In this document: in pieces, positions 18,232 through 25,994 of the stretch
How positions within the stretch are numbered: position 1 is the stretch's first letter
How the letters are laid out: the number at the start of each line of letters is the position of its first letter
From: an uncultured virus (IMG/VR IMGVR_UViG_3300017732_000002)
Taxonomy: Duplodnaviria; Heunggongvirae; Uroviricota; Caudoviricetes
DNA length: 54,243 bases
Virus record (IMG/VR): IMGVR_UViG_3300017732_000002
Reading direction: 5' to 3' (one strand)
The notes under the pieces: generated by a model
Told to the model about the DNA's origin: nothing
The model's database searches: none
The model's input: the letters and a program-made list of their open reading frames with translations, nothing else
Program-made: the position numbers and the translations under genes

Positions 18232-18789
18232 TTAACAAATATTATTTGGTGATACTGTTTCAGGCAACACTACTACGTATTCGTCAAAAGGTTTCAAATG
18301 GTCTTCTCTTGTTGCCATTATTTCTTCTTGCGTTTGAAAACATATTGACCAAGTTGCATCTGCATATTCTAAAACTCTACGTGCTTCTGACCTATACGTA
18401 TGATTAGAACCTTCTCGTCCAGCATATACACATTCGTTAAGATTTCTAAAATTATATCTTATTGCACAGTCTTCTATTTTGTCGTGAGTTAAATTTTCTA
18501 AGTCTGCCATAAACTGATTGTTTAAGGACATACCATTTGGTGGTTCTGACTGTTCAATAAACTGTTCGATAGCGTCTCTTTCTTCGTCTACAAGTGCATG
18601 TTTATCCTGTTCATCGAAAGGAATGTCATCGTTGTAACCGACAATTTTAAATTCGCTGTCTCCGTCATAAACAATAACGTCAAAATCAAAACCTAAATTT
18701 GGTTTTTCGACATTGTCAAATTGGTATCTCAAACCGTTTGGTTTGGTGATGTGAAGATTGTTATCTTCTGTAAAAACAAGTTGATTCAT
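18232..18789 (-). CDS. hypothetical protein, tail-fibre-assembly/chaperone-like C-terminus
   Basis: A.RYNF.NL.ECVYAG...HTYRSEARRVLEYADATW resembles phage fibre-associated proteins; follows fibre genes. Confidence 0.45.
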   Translation of the reverse strand: MNQLVFTEDNNLHITKPNGLRYQFDNVEKPNLGFDFDVIVYDGDSEFKIVGYNDDIPFDEQDKHALVDEERDAIEQFIEQSEPPNGMSLNNQFMADLENLTHDKIEDCAIRYNFRNLNECVYAGREGSNHTYRSEARRVLEYADATWSICFQTQEEIMATREDHLKPFDEYVVVLPETVSPNNIC

Positions 18790-18807
18790 AATATATTACC
18801 TCTATTC

Positions 18808-20334
18808 TTATTTATTGAGTATATTTTTATACTTTTCGTATAACTTTAATTGCGATATGTCACTACAGTCCATATCTTTTATCCATGGGCCACCTCTTGT
18901 ATAATGCACCGCATGATATCTTTTATCTTCGTCTGACATGCCTTCTGTAAAGACATATTTGTCAGGGATTCTATCAATACTATCAGTCCATTCAAACTGG
19001 TGTAAGTATTGACCACTCGCAGTATTTACAACTTCGGGTGTTAATTTTTTACAGTCTTCATGAGCATTATTAAATATCATGAAACTAGACCACAACTTTT
19101 TAGGATACATAACATTCTCTTCACCACCCATTTTAGTCTTAGACATTTTTTCTAGTTCATATTCATATTGAACACATGCTACTGCATTGTCGGGGTGTAG
19201 AAAATAAAACATTTCATACCAAGGTTGTTTCCATACAAAATCATTATCTATGAATATACTAAACCCTTCATAATTTTCTAAGTATGGAATTAAGAATCTG
19301 CTATAAGTAAATTCTGTCGATTGATTTGCGTACTCTCTAGTATATTCGGGAATCTTTGATACGTCAAGTAGTTTTATTTCAGGTTCAAATCTACACTGTG
19401 AGTCATTAACTGCTCTTTGACATGCTTGATTAATAGAATTTATTTGTACGTCTGTTATATCTTCATGTCTTGAATCATACCCAAGATATATGTTTAAAGG
19501 TTTTCCATTGAATTTTTCTGATACCTTTTTAGAAAAATCCTTTACTTTTTCTCTCCATTGTCTATCGGGTTCTGACCTTCCATTATTCCATTCACCCGAA
19601 GTTTGCACTTCAATACTAGTATAATTGTAAGATACATGTAATTGTGTCGGTCTCATGCCGTCAAACTGTGGTGTAGTAAAACTTCTTAACCACTCATCAG
19701 TAGTTAAAGGTTCTATCCAATCAAAGGCGTTATATGCGTCCCAAACAATACAGGTCATACTTTCATCGTCTGTCGCACCGAATACACCTTGTCGTACTGA
19801 GCCAGGGTGTATATGTGGGTTGTATTCAATTCTATCGTTTCTTCCGCTTTTTTGTAATACAATAGTTATCGGTTGATTTAAACCATTCTTCTGAATATCA
19901 TGTAATAACCAATGTCCTTTACACCCATGATAAAATCCCGAACCAGTTATATCATTTCCATCTTCATTTCCACCAGTAATATCTCCCGTTGCGGTAGTTA
20001 TTTTTTTCATACTAGCACCGTAAGTATGGAAATTAGGAATATACTTTAAATAATTAGACGCTTGATAGTCTAATCCAAATGATTCCAAAGGCATGAATCC
20101 GCACTTTTTAATATCACCCCAAGTTACTAATTTCACATTAGGAACATAAACATTATCTACAAAGTATTGTACAACTTTATATGTGTCACATTCAGTATCA
20201 ATAGAACCGTCTTCGTTAACAGGAATATTGCCAATATGGTGACCGCTCTTATAAAAGAGTTGTCTACGAACACTTTCTTGCGTCCAGTCTAGGCGAAATG
20301 GAATAAAATCAATTAAATGGTCAATTTCTGTCAT
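18808..20334 (-). CDS. fusion: ParB/Srx-like N-terminal domain plus GT-A glycosyltransferase (GT8/CDI-like)
   Basis: C-term IYLGYDSR, STEFTYSRFLIPYL, FIDND (DxD), YPKKLWSS, HYTRGGPW; N-term LLHDIQKNGLNQPI...HPGSVR. Confidence 0.8.
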   Translation of the reverse strand: MTEIDHLIDFIPFRLDWTQESVRRQLFYKSGHHIGNIPVNEDGSIDTECDTYKVVQYFVDNVYVPNVKLVTWGDIKKCGFMPLESFGLDYQASNYLKYIPNFHTYGASMKKITTATGDITGGNEDGNDITGSGFYHGCKGHWLLHDIQKNGLNQPITIVLQKSGRNDRIEYNPHIHPGSVRQGVFGATDDESMTCIVWDAYNAFDWIEPLTTDEWLRSFTTPQFDGMRPTQLHVSYNYTSIEVQTSGEWNNGRSEPDRQWREKVKDFSKKVSEKFNGKPLNIYLGYDSRHEDITDVQINSINQACQRAVNDSQCRFEPEIKLLDVSKIPEYTREYANQSTEFTYSRFLIPYLENYEGFSIFIDNDFVWKQPWYEMFYFLHPDNAVACVQYEYELEKMSKTKMGGEENVMYPKKLWSSFMIFNNAHEDCKKLTPEVVNTASGQYLHQFEWTDSIDRIPDKYVFTEGMSDEDKRYHAVHYTRGGPWIKDMDCSDISQLKLYEKYKNILNK

Positions 20335-20360
20335 AATAAAAATCTCACTTATGTGAGTAT

Positions 20361-20367
20361 ATTTAGT
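20361..20367 (-). promoter_or_regulatory. late promoter variant CTAAATA upstream of glycosyltransferase cluster
   Basis: tatttag directly after the stop of the 457-aa repeat gene; small CTCAC/GTGAG hairpin downstream. Confidence 0.6.
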
Positions 20368-20370
20368 GTG

Positions 20371-21744
20371 TTACGAAATAGGTGTTGCAGGCCATTGTTG
20401 TTGTAACACACCGTCCCAACGTTGAACAGGGTTTTGATAGTTCTGCTGGTATGGGTACGGGTTCTGATAGTTCTGTTGGAACGGATACGGGTTCTGATAG
20501 TTCTGTTGGAACGGATACGGATTTTGATAATTCTGTTGGAACGGGTATGGGTTCTGATAGTTCTGTTGGAAATTATATGATGTCTGTGCGTTAGCAGGAT
20601 ACGGATATCTTCCTTGTGCTTGATACGTGCTAGGTTGTCTTGCCTGATACGTAAACGGTGTTCTATAAGACGCCTGATAAGTAGACGGAATTCTATAAGA
20701 CGCTTGATATGTAAATGGATATCTTGCCTGATATGTAAACGGAGTTCTATAAGGCGTCTGATAAGTAAATGGTGACTGTGAGTTCGCAGGATATCTTCCA
20801 CGTGCATTGTTTTGATATGTGCCTGGCTGTCTTGCATTAGCAGGGTATCTTCCTCTTGCGTTATTCTGATAAGTTCCTGGCTGCCTTGCGTTGGCAGGAT
20901 ATCTTCCACGTGCATTTGTATTCGTGTTAGCAGGATACGTTGTATTAGCAGGATACCTACCCCTTGCACTTGTAGTAAAAGGATTCTGACCGTTATAAAC
21001 TATCCCGTCTTTCATGAATGAGAAAGTGAAAGGTTGTCTCGCAGGTGTAATAAATGGATATCTTGCCTGATACGTTGTAGGTGCCTGATATGTTGTAGGT
21101 GCAATAAACGGATATCTTGCCTGATACGTAAATGGTGACTGTGAGTTAGCAGGGTATGTAAATGGATATCTTGCCTGATACGTAAATGGACTTTGTGAGT
21201 TAGCAGGATAAGTAAATGGATATCTTGCCTGATAAGTTCCTGGCTGTCTCGCATTAGCAGGATATGTGCCTGGCGATTGTCCGTTAGCAGGATATCTTCC
21301 TCTAGCATTTGCAGGATATGTGCCAGGCGTCTGAGCGTTAGCAGGATATGTGCCTGGCTGTTGTCCATTAGCAGGATAAGGTGCCTGTGCATTGGCAGGA
21401 TATGGATATCTTCCTTGCGCCTGATAAGTGCTTGGCGACTGTCCTGATGCAGGTCTTTGTGCTTGAAGTCTACCAGTCGCAGGTCTTCTTGCAGGTGTTG
21501 TTCCTATTGCAGGTCTTTGTGCCTGTAATTGACCAGTTGCAGGTCTTTGTGCTTGAAGTCTACCAGTTGCAGGTCTTCGAGCAGGTTGTTGTGTATCTTC
21601 TTGACCACTAGCATTATTCCACCCGTCAGGCGTTTTAATATAGACTTGCTCTACTGCACGCCAACCGTCAGGCGTTTTAACCCACGCACCTTGAGTTGCG
21701 TTCCAGCCTGTAGGTGTTTTAACCTTCTGTGAGCCTGATGCCAT
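20371..21744 (-). CDS. Tyr/Pro/Gln/Arg-rich repeat protein 1; predicted long beta-hairpin virion appendage
   Basis: N-terminal (V/I)KTPxGW x3 module; repeats RPATGxLQAQ, YQARYPFT, ARGRYPAN, QQNYQNPYPF in mirror order. Confidence 0.85.
   Translation of the reverse strand: MASGSQKVKTPTGWNATQGAWVKTPDGWRAVEQVYIKTPDGWNNASGQEDTQQPARRPATGRLQAQRPATGQLQAQRPAIGTTPARRPATGRLQAQRPASGQSPSTYQAQGRYPYPANAQAPYPANGQQPGTYPANAQTPGTYPANARGRYPANGQSPGTYPANARQPGTYQARYPFTYPANSQSPFTYQARYPFTYPANSQSPFTYQARYPFIAPTTYQAPTTYQARYPFITPARQPFTFSFMKDGIVYNGQNPFTTSARGRYPANTTYPANTNTNARGRYPANARQPGTYQNNARGRYPANARQPGTYQNNARGRYPANSQSPFTYQTPYRTPFTYQARYPFTYQASYRIPSTYQASYRTPFTYQARQPSTYQAQGRYPYPANAQTSYNFQQNYQNPYPFQQNYQNPYPFQQNYQNPYPFQQNYQNPYPYQQNYQNPVQRWDGVLQQQWPATPIS
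20425..20572. repeat. five 30-bp tandem coding repeats (QQNYQNPYPF)
   Basis: gggttctgatagttctgttggaacggatac-like units; boundaries approximate. Confidence 0.9.
21445..21590. repeat. five 30-bp tandem coding repeats (RPATGxLQAQ)
   Basis: gcaggtctttgtgcttgaagtctaccagtt-like units; boundaries approximate. Confidence 0.85.
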
Positions 21745-21767
21745 ATTATATTATCCTGTTACCCTTA

Positions 21768-24332
21768 TTAAGAGTATAAAATCCATAAGTCGCCGACTTG
21801 TCCGTCTCCACCACTTGGAGCAGAAGTTGATTGGTAAATGTTCCTTGCAACTTGTCCACTATTACTTGCGTAGTCGGTGTGTATCTGATTAAAGGTCACG
21901 TTACTGTTTGTAGCAACTGCTTGTCCGATTGCAACTTCGGTTCCTGATACAGAAACACCTGTTCCTGCAGTCAAGGTTGTTACGTTTCCAGTTCCGTCAA
22001 AAGATACTCCGTTGATTGTTCTTGCATTTTGTAATGCAGTTGCTGTAGCGGCATTACCTGTTGTTGAACCTGAAGTTCCACTAACATTACCTGTGACATT
22101 ACCAGTTAAGTTACCAGTAACGTTACCAGTTAATGCACCTGTAAATGTAGTAGCAGTTACTCCTGCATTAAAAGTAGCTGCACCTGCTTCAGACATATCA
22201 AGTGTAAGAGCAGTTATTTCTGAACCGCCATCGTTGCCTTTAAATATTAAATCGCCATCTGAATTTTCTGATTTAATTGTATTACCATCAACAAAAATAT
22301 TGTCCACATATAAATGGGTAAACGGATAACTTGAATTACCAAGGGGGAATGCAACATTTGGTGATAAACCAACATTTGCAGAAGCTAATAACCATGAAGC
22401 TCCACCAGATTTAAATATCAACATATCATCAATAGGTGAACCAGCAATTGATGTATCACCATCTACATCAAAAATAATTGCATTACCATTTGTATCAAGA
22501 GGTTTTCCTAATAATATTGTTTCTGCTGAGTCTGTAGTATTAAAAGTTAAATAGTCATTACTACCTTCTGAAATGGTAAGAGCAGTTGCTGAGTTATCGG
22601 CTATAGATATCTTTGAACCGTCAATACTAATATCGTCTACTGTTAATGCTGTAAGAGTTCCAAGACTTGTAATGTTTGTTTGAGCTGCACCTGTTACTGT
22701 AGCTGCAGTTCCACTAACGTTACCAGTTACGTTACCAGTCAAGTCACCAGTTACGTTACCAGTTACGTTACCTTCTAAGTTTGCTACAAGTGTTCCTGTA
22801 GTAACTGTTAAGTCACCTGTACTTGCACCTGTAAATGAACCTGTACCTACTAAGAATTTGTCTGCACTTTCATCCCAACCTATAAATGCGTTGTCTGAGT
22901 CTCCTCTTTCAAGAACAATACCCATATCATTTGCAGGTGTTCCTGTTGTACCATTTCCTAACTCAATCAATCTATCTGTAATTGTTGAGTTTGTAGTGTC
23001 TAAAGTTGTGGTTGTTCCGTTTACATCTAAGTTACCTGTAACTGTCAAATTACCTGTTGCAGCTACGTCTGCGAAAGTTACATTTGAACTTGTTGCAACT
23101 GCTTGTCCAATTGCAATTTCACCACTTGATACAGTAACACCTGTTCCACCTGAGATATGTGCTCTTACTTCTGACGCACTTGGGCCTGTATATGTGATAA
23201 CACCTGTAGAGTTATTGTATGCAAGTGAACCGTCTCCACCTGAATCTGTTACGGAAACCTTTCCTCTGATTGTTGCGTCTGTAATTGCAAGGTCTACCGC
23301 ACCGTCACCAGCATCGTCATATGTTGCAGTGATATTTGTGTGTGAACCGTTTGTAGCAAGTTGTGCACCAACAATGTCTTCTATTTCTTCTTCTGTTTTA
23401 CCCGAAGACGCAATTGTTAAAGTATTAGCTGCATCGTCATATGTCAATGACATGTTTGTACCAGCAGTCAATAGTGCGTTTACTCTATCGTCTACTCTTT
23501 CGTTGGTAAGGAATAAATTTGTTGAACCTTCTGTGATATTATCAGAAGTACCAGCAAGACCACCTAGTGTAGTAGAGAAGTCTAAAGTACCGTCACCGTC
23601 TTCATATGTAACTGTGATACCACTTTCAGTATTTCCTGATACCATTGCACCAACGATATCTTGAATTCTTTCTGCGTTTACCGTGACATCACCAGCTGAT
23701 ACAGTAAAGTCTGTTCCGTCAAATGTTGCGACACCAGCGTTTGTTTCTGTTGCAAGTTCCGCTGAATATGTGACTGTGCCTGAACTTTCTGCAACATCTA
23801 TACCTTCACCACCAGCAAAGGTTATTGTTCCACCTAATGCTGTCGCAGTTGTATTACTGCCGTCTGAAACTGTAATTGATGAATTTGATAGTTTATCGTT
23901 TGCAATAGAACCTGCCAACATGGCATTAGTAACACCACTTGCTTTAATTCTTAATGCGTCTGAATCTGTTTCGATTGAACTATCGTCTACTCCGACTGAT
24001 AGAACACCACTTGAATGTGCAAGACCGTCACCAGCTACTGAACTATCCAGTGCGAGTGTTATCGCACCACTTGTTCCACCACCTGAAAGACCGTCACCAG
24101 CAGTTACGCCCGTGATATCCCCGACTTGTCCGTTGATTGTTAATGTGCCTGCACTATCATCATATGAGGTAGAAATACCTGTTCCTGCAACGATTAATGC
24201 GTTGACTCTGTCGTCAACCTTTTCGTTAAAATCACTTCCTAGTGCGGCTGTTTGTATAAGACCTGAGCTGTTGATTACCTCGGTTGTACCGATACTCAGT
24301 CCGTTTTTTACATGAAAATTCTTTGCAGCCAC
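21768..24332 (-). CDS. tail fibre-like structural protein (854 aa, GTG start)
   Basis: NFHVKNGL N-terminus, Gly/Thr-rich, GNVTGN repeats, ATALQNARTINGVSFDGT, C-term SAPSGGDGQVGDLWILYS. Confidence 0.8.
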   Translation of the reverse strand: MAAKNFHVKNGLSIGTTEVINSSGLIQTAALGSDFNEKVDDRVNALIVAGTGISTSYDDSAGTLTINGQVGDITGVTAGDGLSGGGTSGAITLALDSSVAGDGLAHSSGVLSVGVDDSSIETDSDALRIKASGVTNAMLAGSIANDKLSNSSITVSDGSNTTATALGGTITFAGGEGIDVAESSGTVTYSAELATETNAGVATFDGTDFTVSAGDVTVNAERIQDIVGAMVSGNTESGITVTYEDGDGTLDFSTTLGGLAGTSDNITEGSTNLFLTNERVDDRVNALLTAGTNMSLTYDDAANTLTIASSGKTEEEIEDIVGAQLATNGSHTNITATYDDAGDGAVDLAITDATIRGKVSVTDSGGDGSLAYNNSTGVITYTGPSASEVRAHISGGTGVTVSSGEIAIGQAVATSSNVTFADVAATGNLTVTGNLDVNGTTTTLDTTNSTITDRLIELGNGTTGTPANDMGIVLERGDSDNAFIGWDESADKFLVGTGSFTGASTGDLTVTTGTLVANLEGNVTGNVTGDLTGNVTGNVSGTAATVTGAAQTNITSLGTLTALTVDDISIDGSKISIADNSATALTISEGSNDYLTFNTTDSAETILLGKPLDTNGNAIIFDVDGDTSIAGSPIDDMLIFKSGGASWLLASANVGLSPNVAFPLGNSSYPFTHLYVDNIFVDGNTIKSENSDGDLIFKGNDGGSEITALTLDMSEAGAATFNAGVTATTFTGALTGNVTGNLTGNVTGNVSGTSGSTTGNAATATALQNARTINGVSFDGTGNVTTLTAGTGVSVSGTEVAIGQAVATNSNVTFNQIHTDYASNSGQVARNIYQSTSAPSGGDGQVGDLWILYS

Positions 24333-24403
24333 GCTGTTCGCCTCCGTTTACTGTTCACTATCCCAGTTCACAGCATTATTAAAAATGTCTACTGTTATTT
24401 ATA
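24333..24403 (-). promoter_or_regulatory. late promoter TATAAATA (24396-24403) plus structured leader of 854-aa fibre
   Basis: GCTGT...ACAGC outer pairing encloses ACTG-GGATAGTGAA-CAGT hairpin and GGAGG SD. Confidence 0.6.
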
Positions 24404-24421
24404 ACTAAACGGAGTTTAGGA

Positions 24422-24835
24422 TTAAGATTCTACTAGTTGTCTATCAAATTTAAAGACAGTTGAACTTGAAGAGGCAGGAGTTATGAGTAATCTTGCATTT
24501 GCACCGCTGATATCAGCACTGAATGTTGCTAAATCACTACCTGATTTGAGAATACCATACTCAAGGATATCTGCACTAGAACCGTTATGAGATATAACAA
24601 GTTCTGTAGAATGATAATCTGAACCTTGAGTTACGGATACAATGTATCTTGCAGTTGAGAATGTTGCATGTGCAAACGTATCCAGTGCGACTTGAGTTGT
24701 CGCAGTCGTAGTTGTAGAACCCGATTTCCTTCTTGAAGAAACTAATTCTTTACTTACAACAATATCGTCATTAGTGGCATCATATTCTATGTGCCTAGAA
24801 ATTTCTGCAAGTTTGAATGCTAATGACCTTGGCAT
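24422..24835 (-). CDS. virion structural protein (single beta-domain module)
   Basis: LDTF....F.TARY.VSVTQG..YHSTEL...HNG......EYG; same module occurs twice in 24835-25974. Confidence 0.7.
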   Translation of the reverse strand: MPRSLAFKLAEISRHIEYDATNDDIVVSKELVSSRRKSGSTTTTATTQVALDTFAHATFSTARYIVSVTQGSDYHSTELVISHNGSSADILEYGILKSGSDLATFSADISGANARLLITPASSSSTVFKFDRQLVES

Positions 24836-25974
24836 TATTCTCCTCTCTTAGTCACGTTCCAATAGAACGTAGTATTCGTATTAGCAGGAGTTACTAATAG
24901 ATTAGTATTTCCTGAACTAACTGATGTATTTAGAGTGAATAAAGAACTTGCAGTTATAACATCGCCATATTGTGAGAAGAATGCGTTTGTACCGTCTGTA
25001 CCTACTACAACCTCACACGCATGTGACCCACTTGAATGAACTGCAAGTAATGAATACTTAACTCCTTCATATGCAACTGAACACGTATCTAATGTTTGGT
25101 CTGCAGTTGTAGTTGTAGTTGTCAACTCACCGTTTTTGAGTGCTGGTAATCTACTGTAAGTTAAAAAGAAAGTTGTATTAGTATTAGCAGGTGTCGCTCT
25201 CAATAATTGATTACCACTTGACATTGTTGTGGATAAATCATACAAGAATGAACCTGTAGTTGTTACGTCACCGTATTGTGAAAAGAATGCGTTACTACCG
25301 TCATTACCCATGAGAACTTCGCATGAATGTGAACCTGTTGAATGAACTGCAGTCAAAGATATTTTAGTTGACTTTGTTCCAGCAGAAGCAATTGAAAGAA
25401 TAGTTTGGTTTGAATCAGTAGTTGTCAATGCTGAACTTGCAGTTTCAACTAATACGCCTGGATTTTTAGGTGTTTTAATACAAACAACGTCACCACTTTC
25501 ACCATTTGCTTGAAGAGTAATTACTGAGGAACTTGTTGTTGCGTAGTCAACACCACCGTCTTGTAATAGTACACCGTTTAGATATACTGCTTCTTTTCCA
25601 ATATCATATGACAATGCTTGCCCATCATCATCATTTCCTGATATAGTGGTTGTGGTTCCTGTTAGAGAAAAAGTAAAAGTTGCACCTGTTCCATAACTTC
25701 CGCCACTTTGGTCTGCCCACGTCAAAGTCCCCGAACCATCGGTTGTAATTATTTGGTCAGCTGAACCGTCAGAAGTGGGGAATGTGATTGCGTCATTAAT
25801 AGTGAATGATGCAGGATTAGACCCTACTTCTACAATGGCAGCTGAACCGTCATTCTTCTCAGTGTAAAACCTACCGTGGTAAGTATTTACTGCCAATTCC
25901 CCAAGAGTGATATCTGAGGTAGTTGGAACAGCGTTCTGAGTCGATGACTTCTTGAACGTTATGACTGTTGCCAT
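24835..25974 (-). CDS. fibre/structural protein with Mtd-like N-terminus
   Basis: ITFKKSST..AVPT.....GELAVNT; VYLNGVLL module; two tandem C-terminal modules. Confidence 0.7.
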   Translation of the reverse strand: MATVITFKKSSTQNAVPTTSDITLGELAVNTYHGRFYTEKNDGSAAIVEVGSNPASFTINDAITFPTSDGSADQIITTDGSGTLTWADQSGGSYGTGATFTFSLTGTTTTISGNDDDGQALSYDIGKEAVYLNGVLLQDGGVDYATTSSSVITLQANGESGDVVCIKTPKNPGVLVETASSALTTTDSNQTILSIASAGTKSTKISLTAVHSTGSHSCEVLMGNDGSNAFFSQYGDVTTTGSFLYDLSTTMSSGNQLLRATPANTNTTFFLTYSRLPALKNGELTTTTTTADQTLDTCSVAYEGVKYSLLAVHSSGSHACEVVVGTDGTNAFFSQYGDVITASSLFTLNTSVSSGNTNLLVTPANTNTTFYWNVTKRGE

Positions 25975-25994
25975 GTATTACCCTATTCTAATAA

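Noticed and set aside
20425..20572. 30-bp direct repeats as a CRISPR array
   Set aside because: No unique spacers, period is a multiple of 3 inside an ORF, and no cas genes are present.
20349..21392. Alternative-frame ORFs 20349-20969 and 21012-21392 (also 28224-28739, 28282-28758)
   Set aside because: Shadows of low-complexity coding repeats; no SD and no independent protein character.
20371..21744. DNA/RNA inverted repeat as the cause of the mirror symmetry
   Set aside because: The arms are not reverse complements. Only short GATATC palindromes from Arg-Tyr-Pro codons recur, in a different register. The complementarity is at amino-acid level.
22858..24315. Long plus-strand ORFs antisense to fibre, VrlC-like and other structural genes (e.g. 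22858-23664, 36588-37370)
   Set aside because: Typical antisense shadows from codon bias of Gly/Thr/Ser-rich genes; no recognisable motifs.
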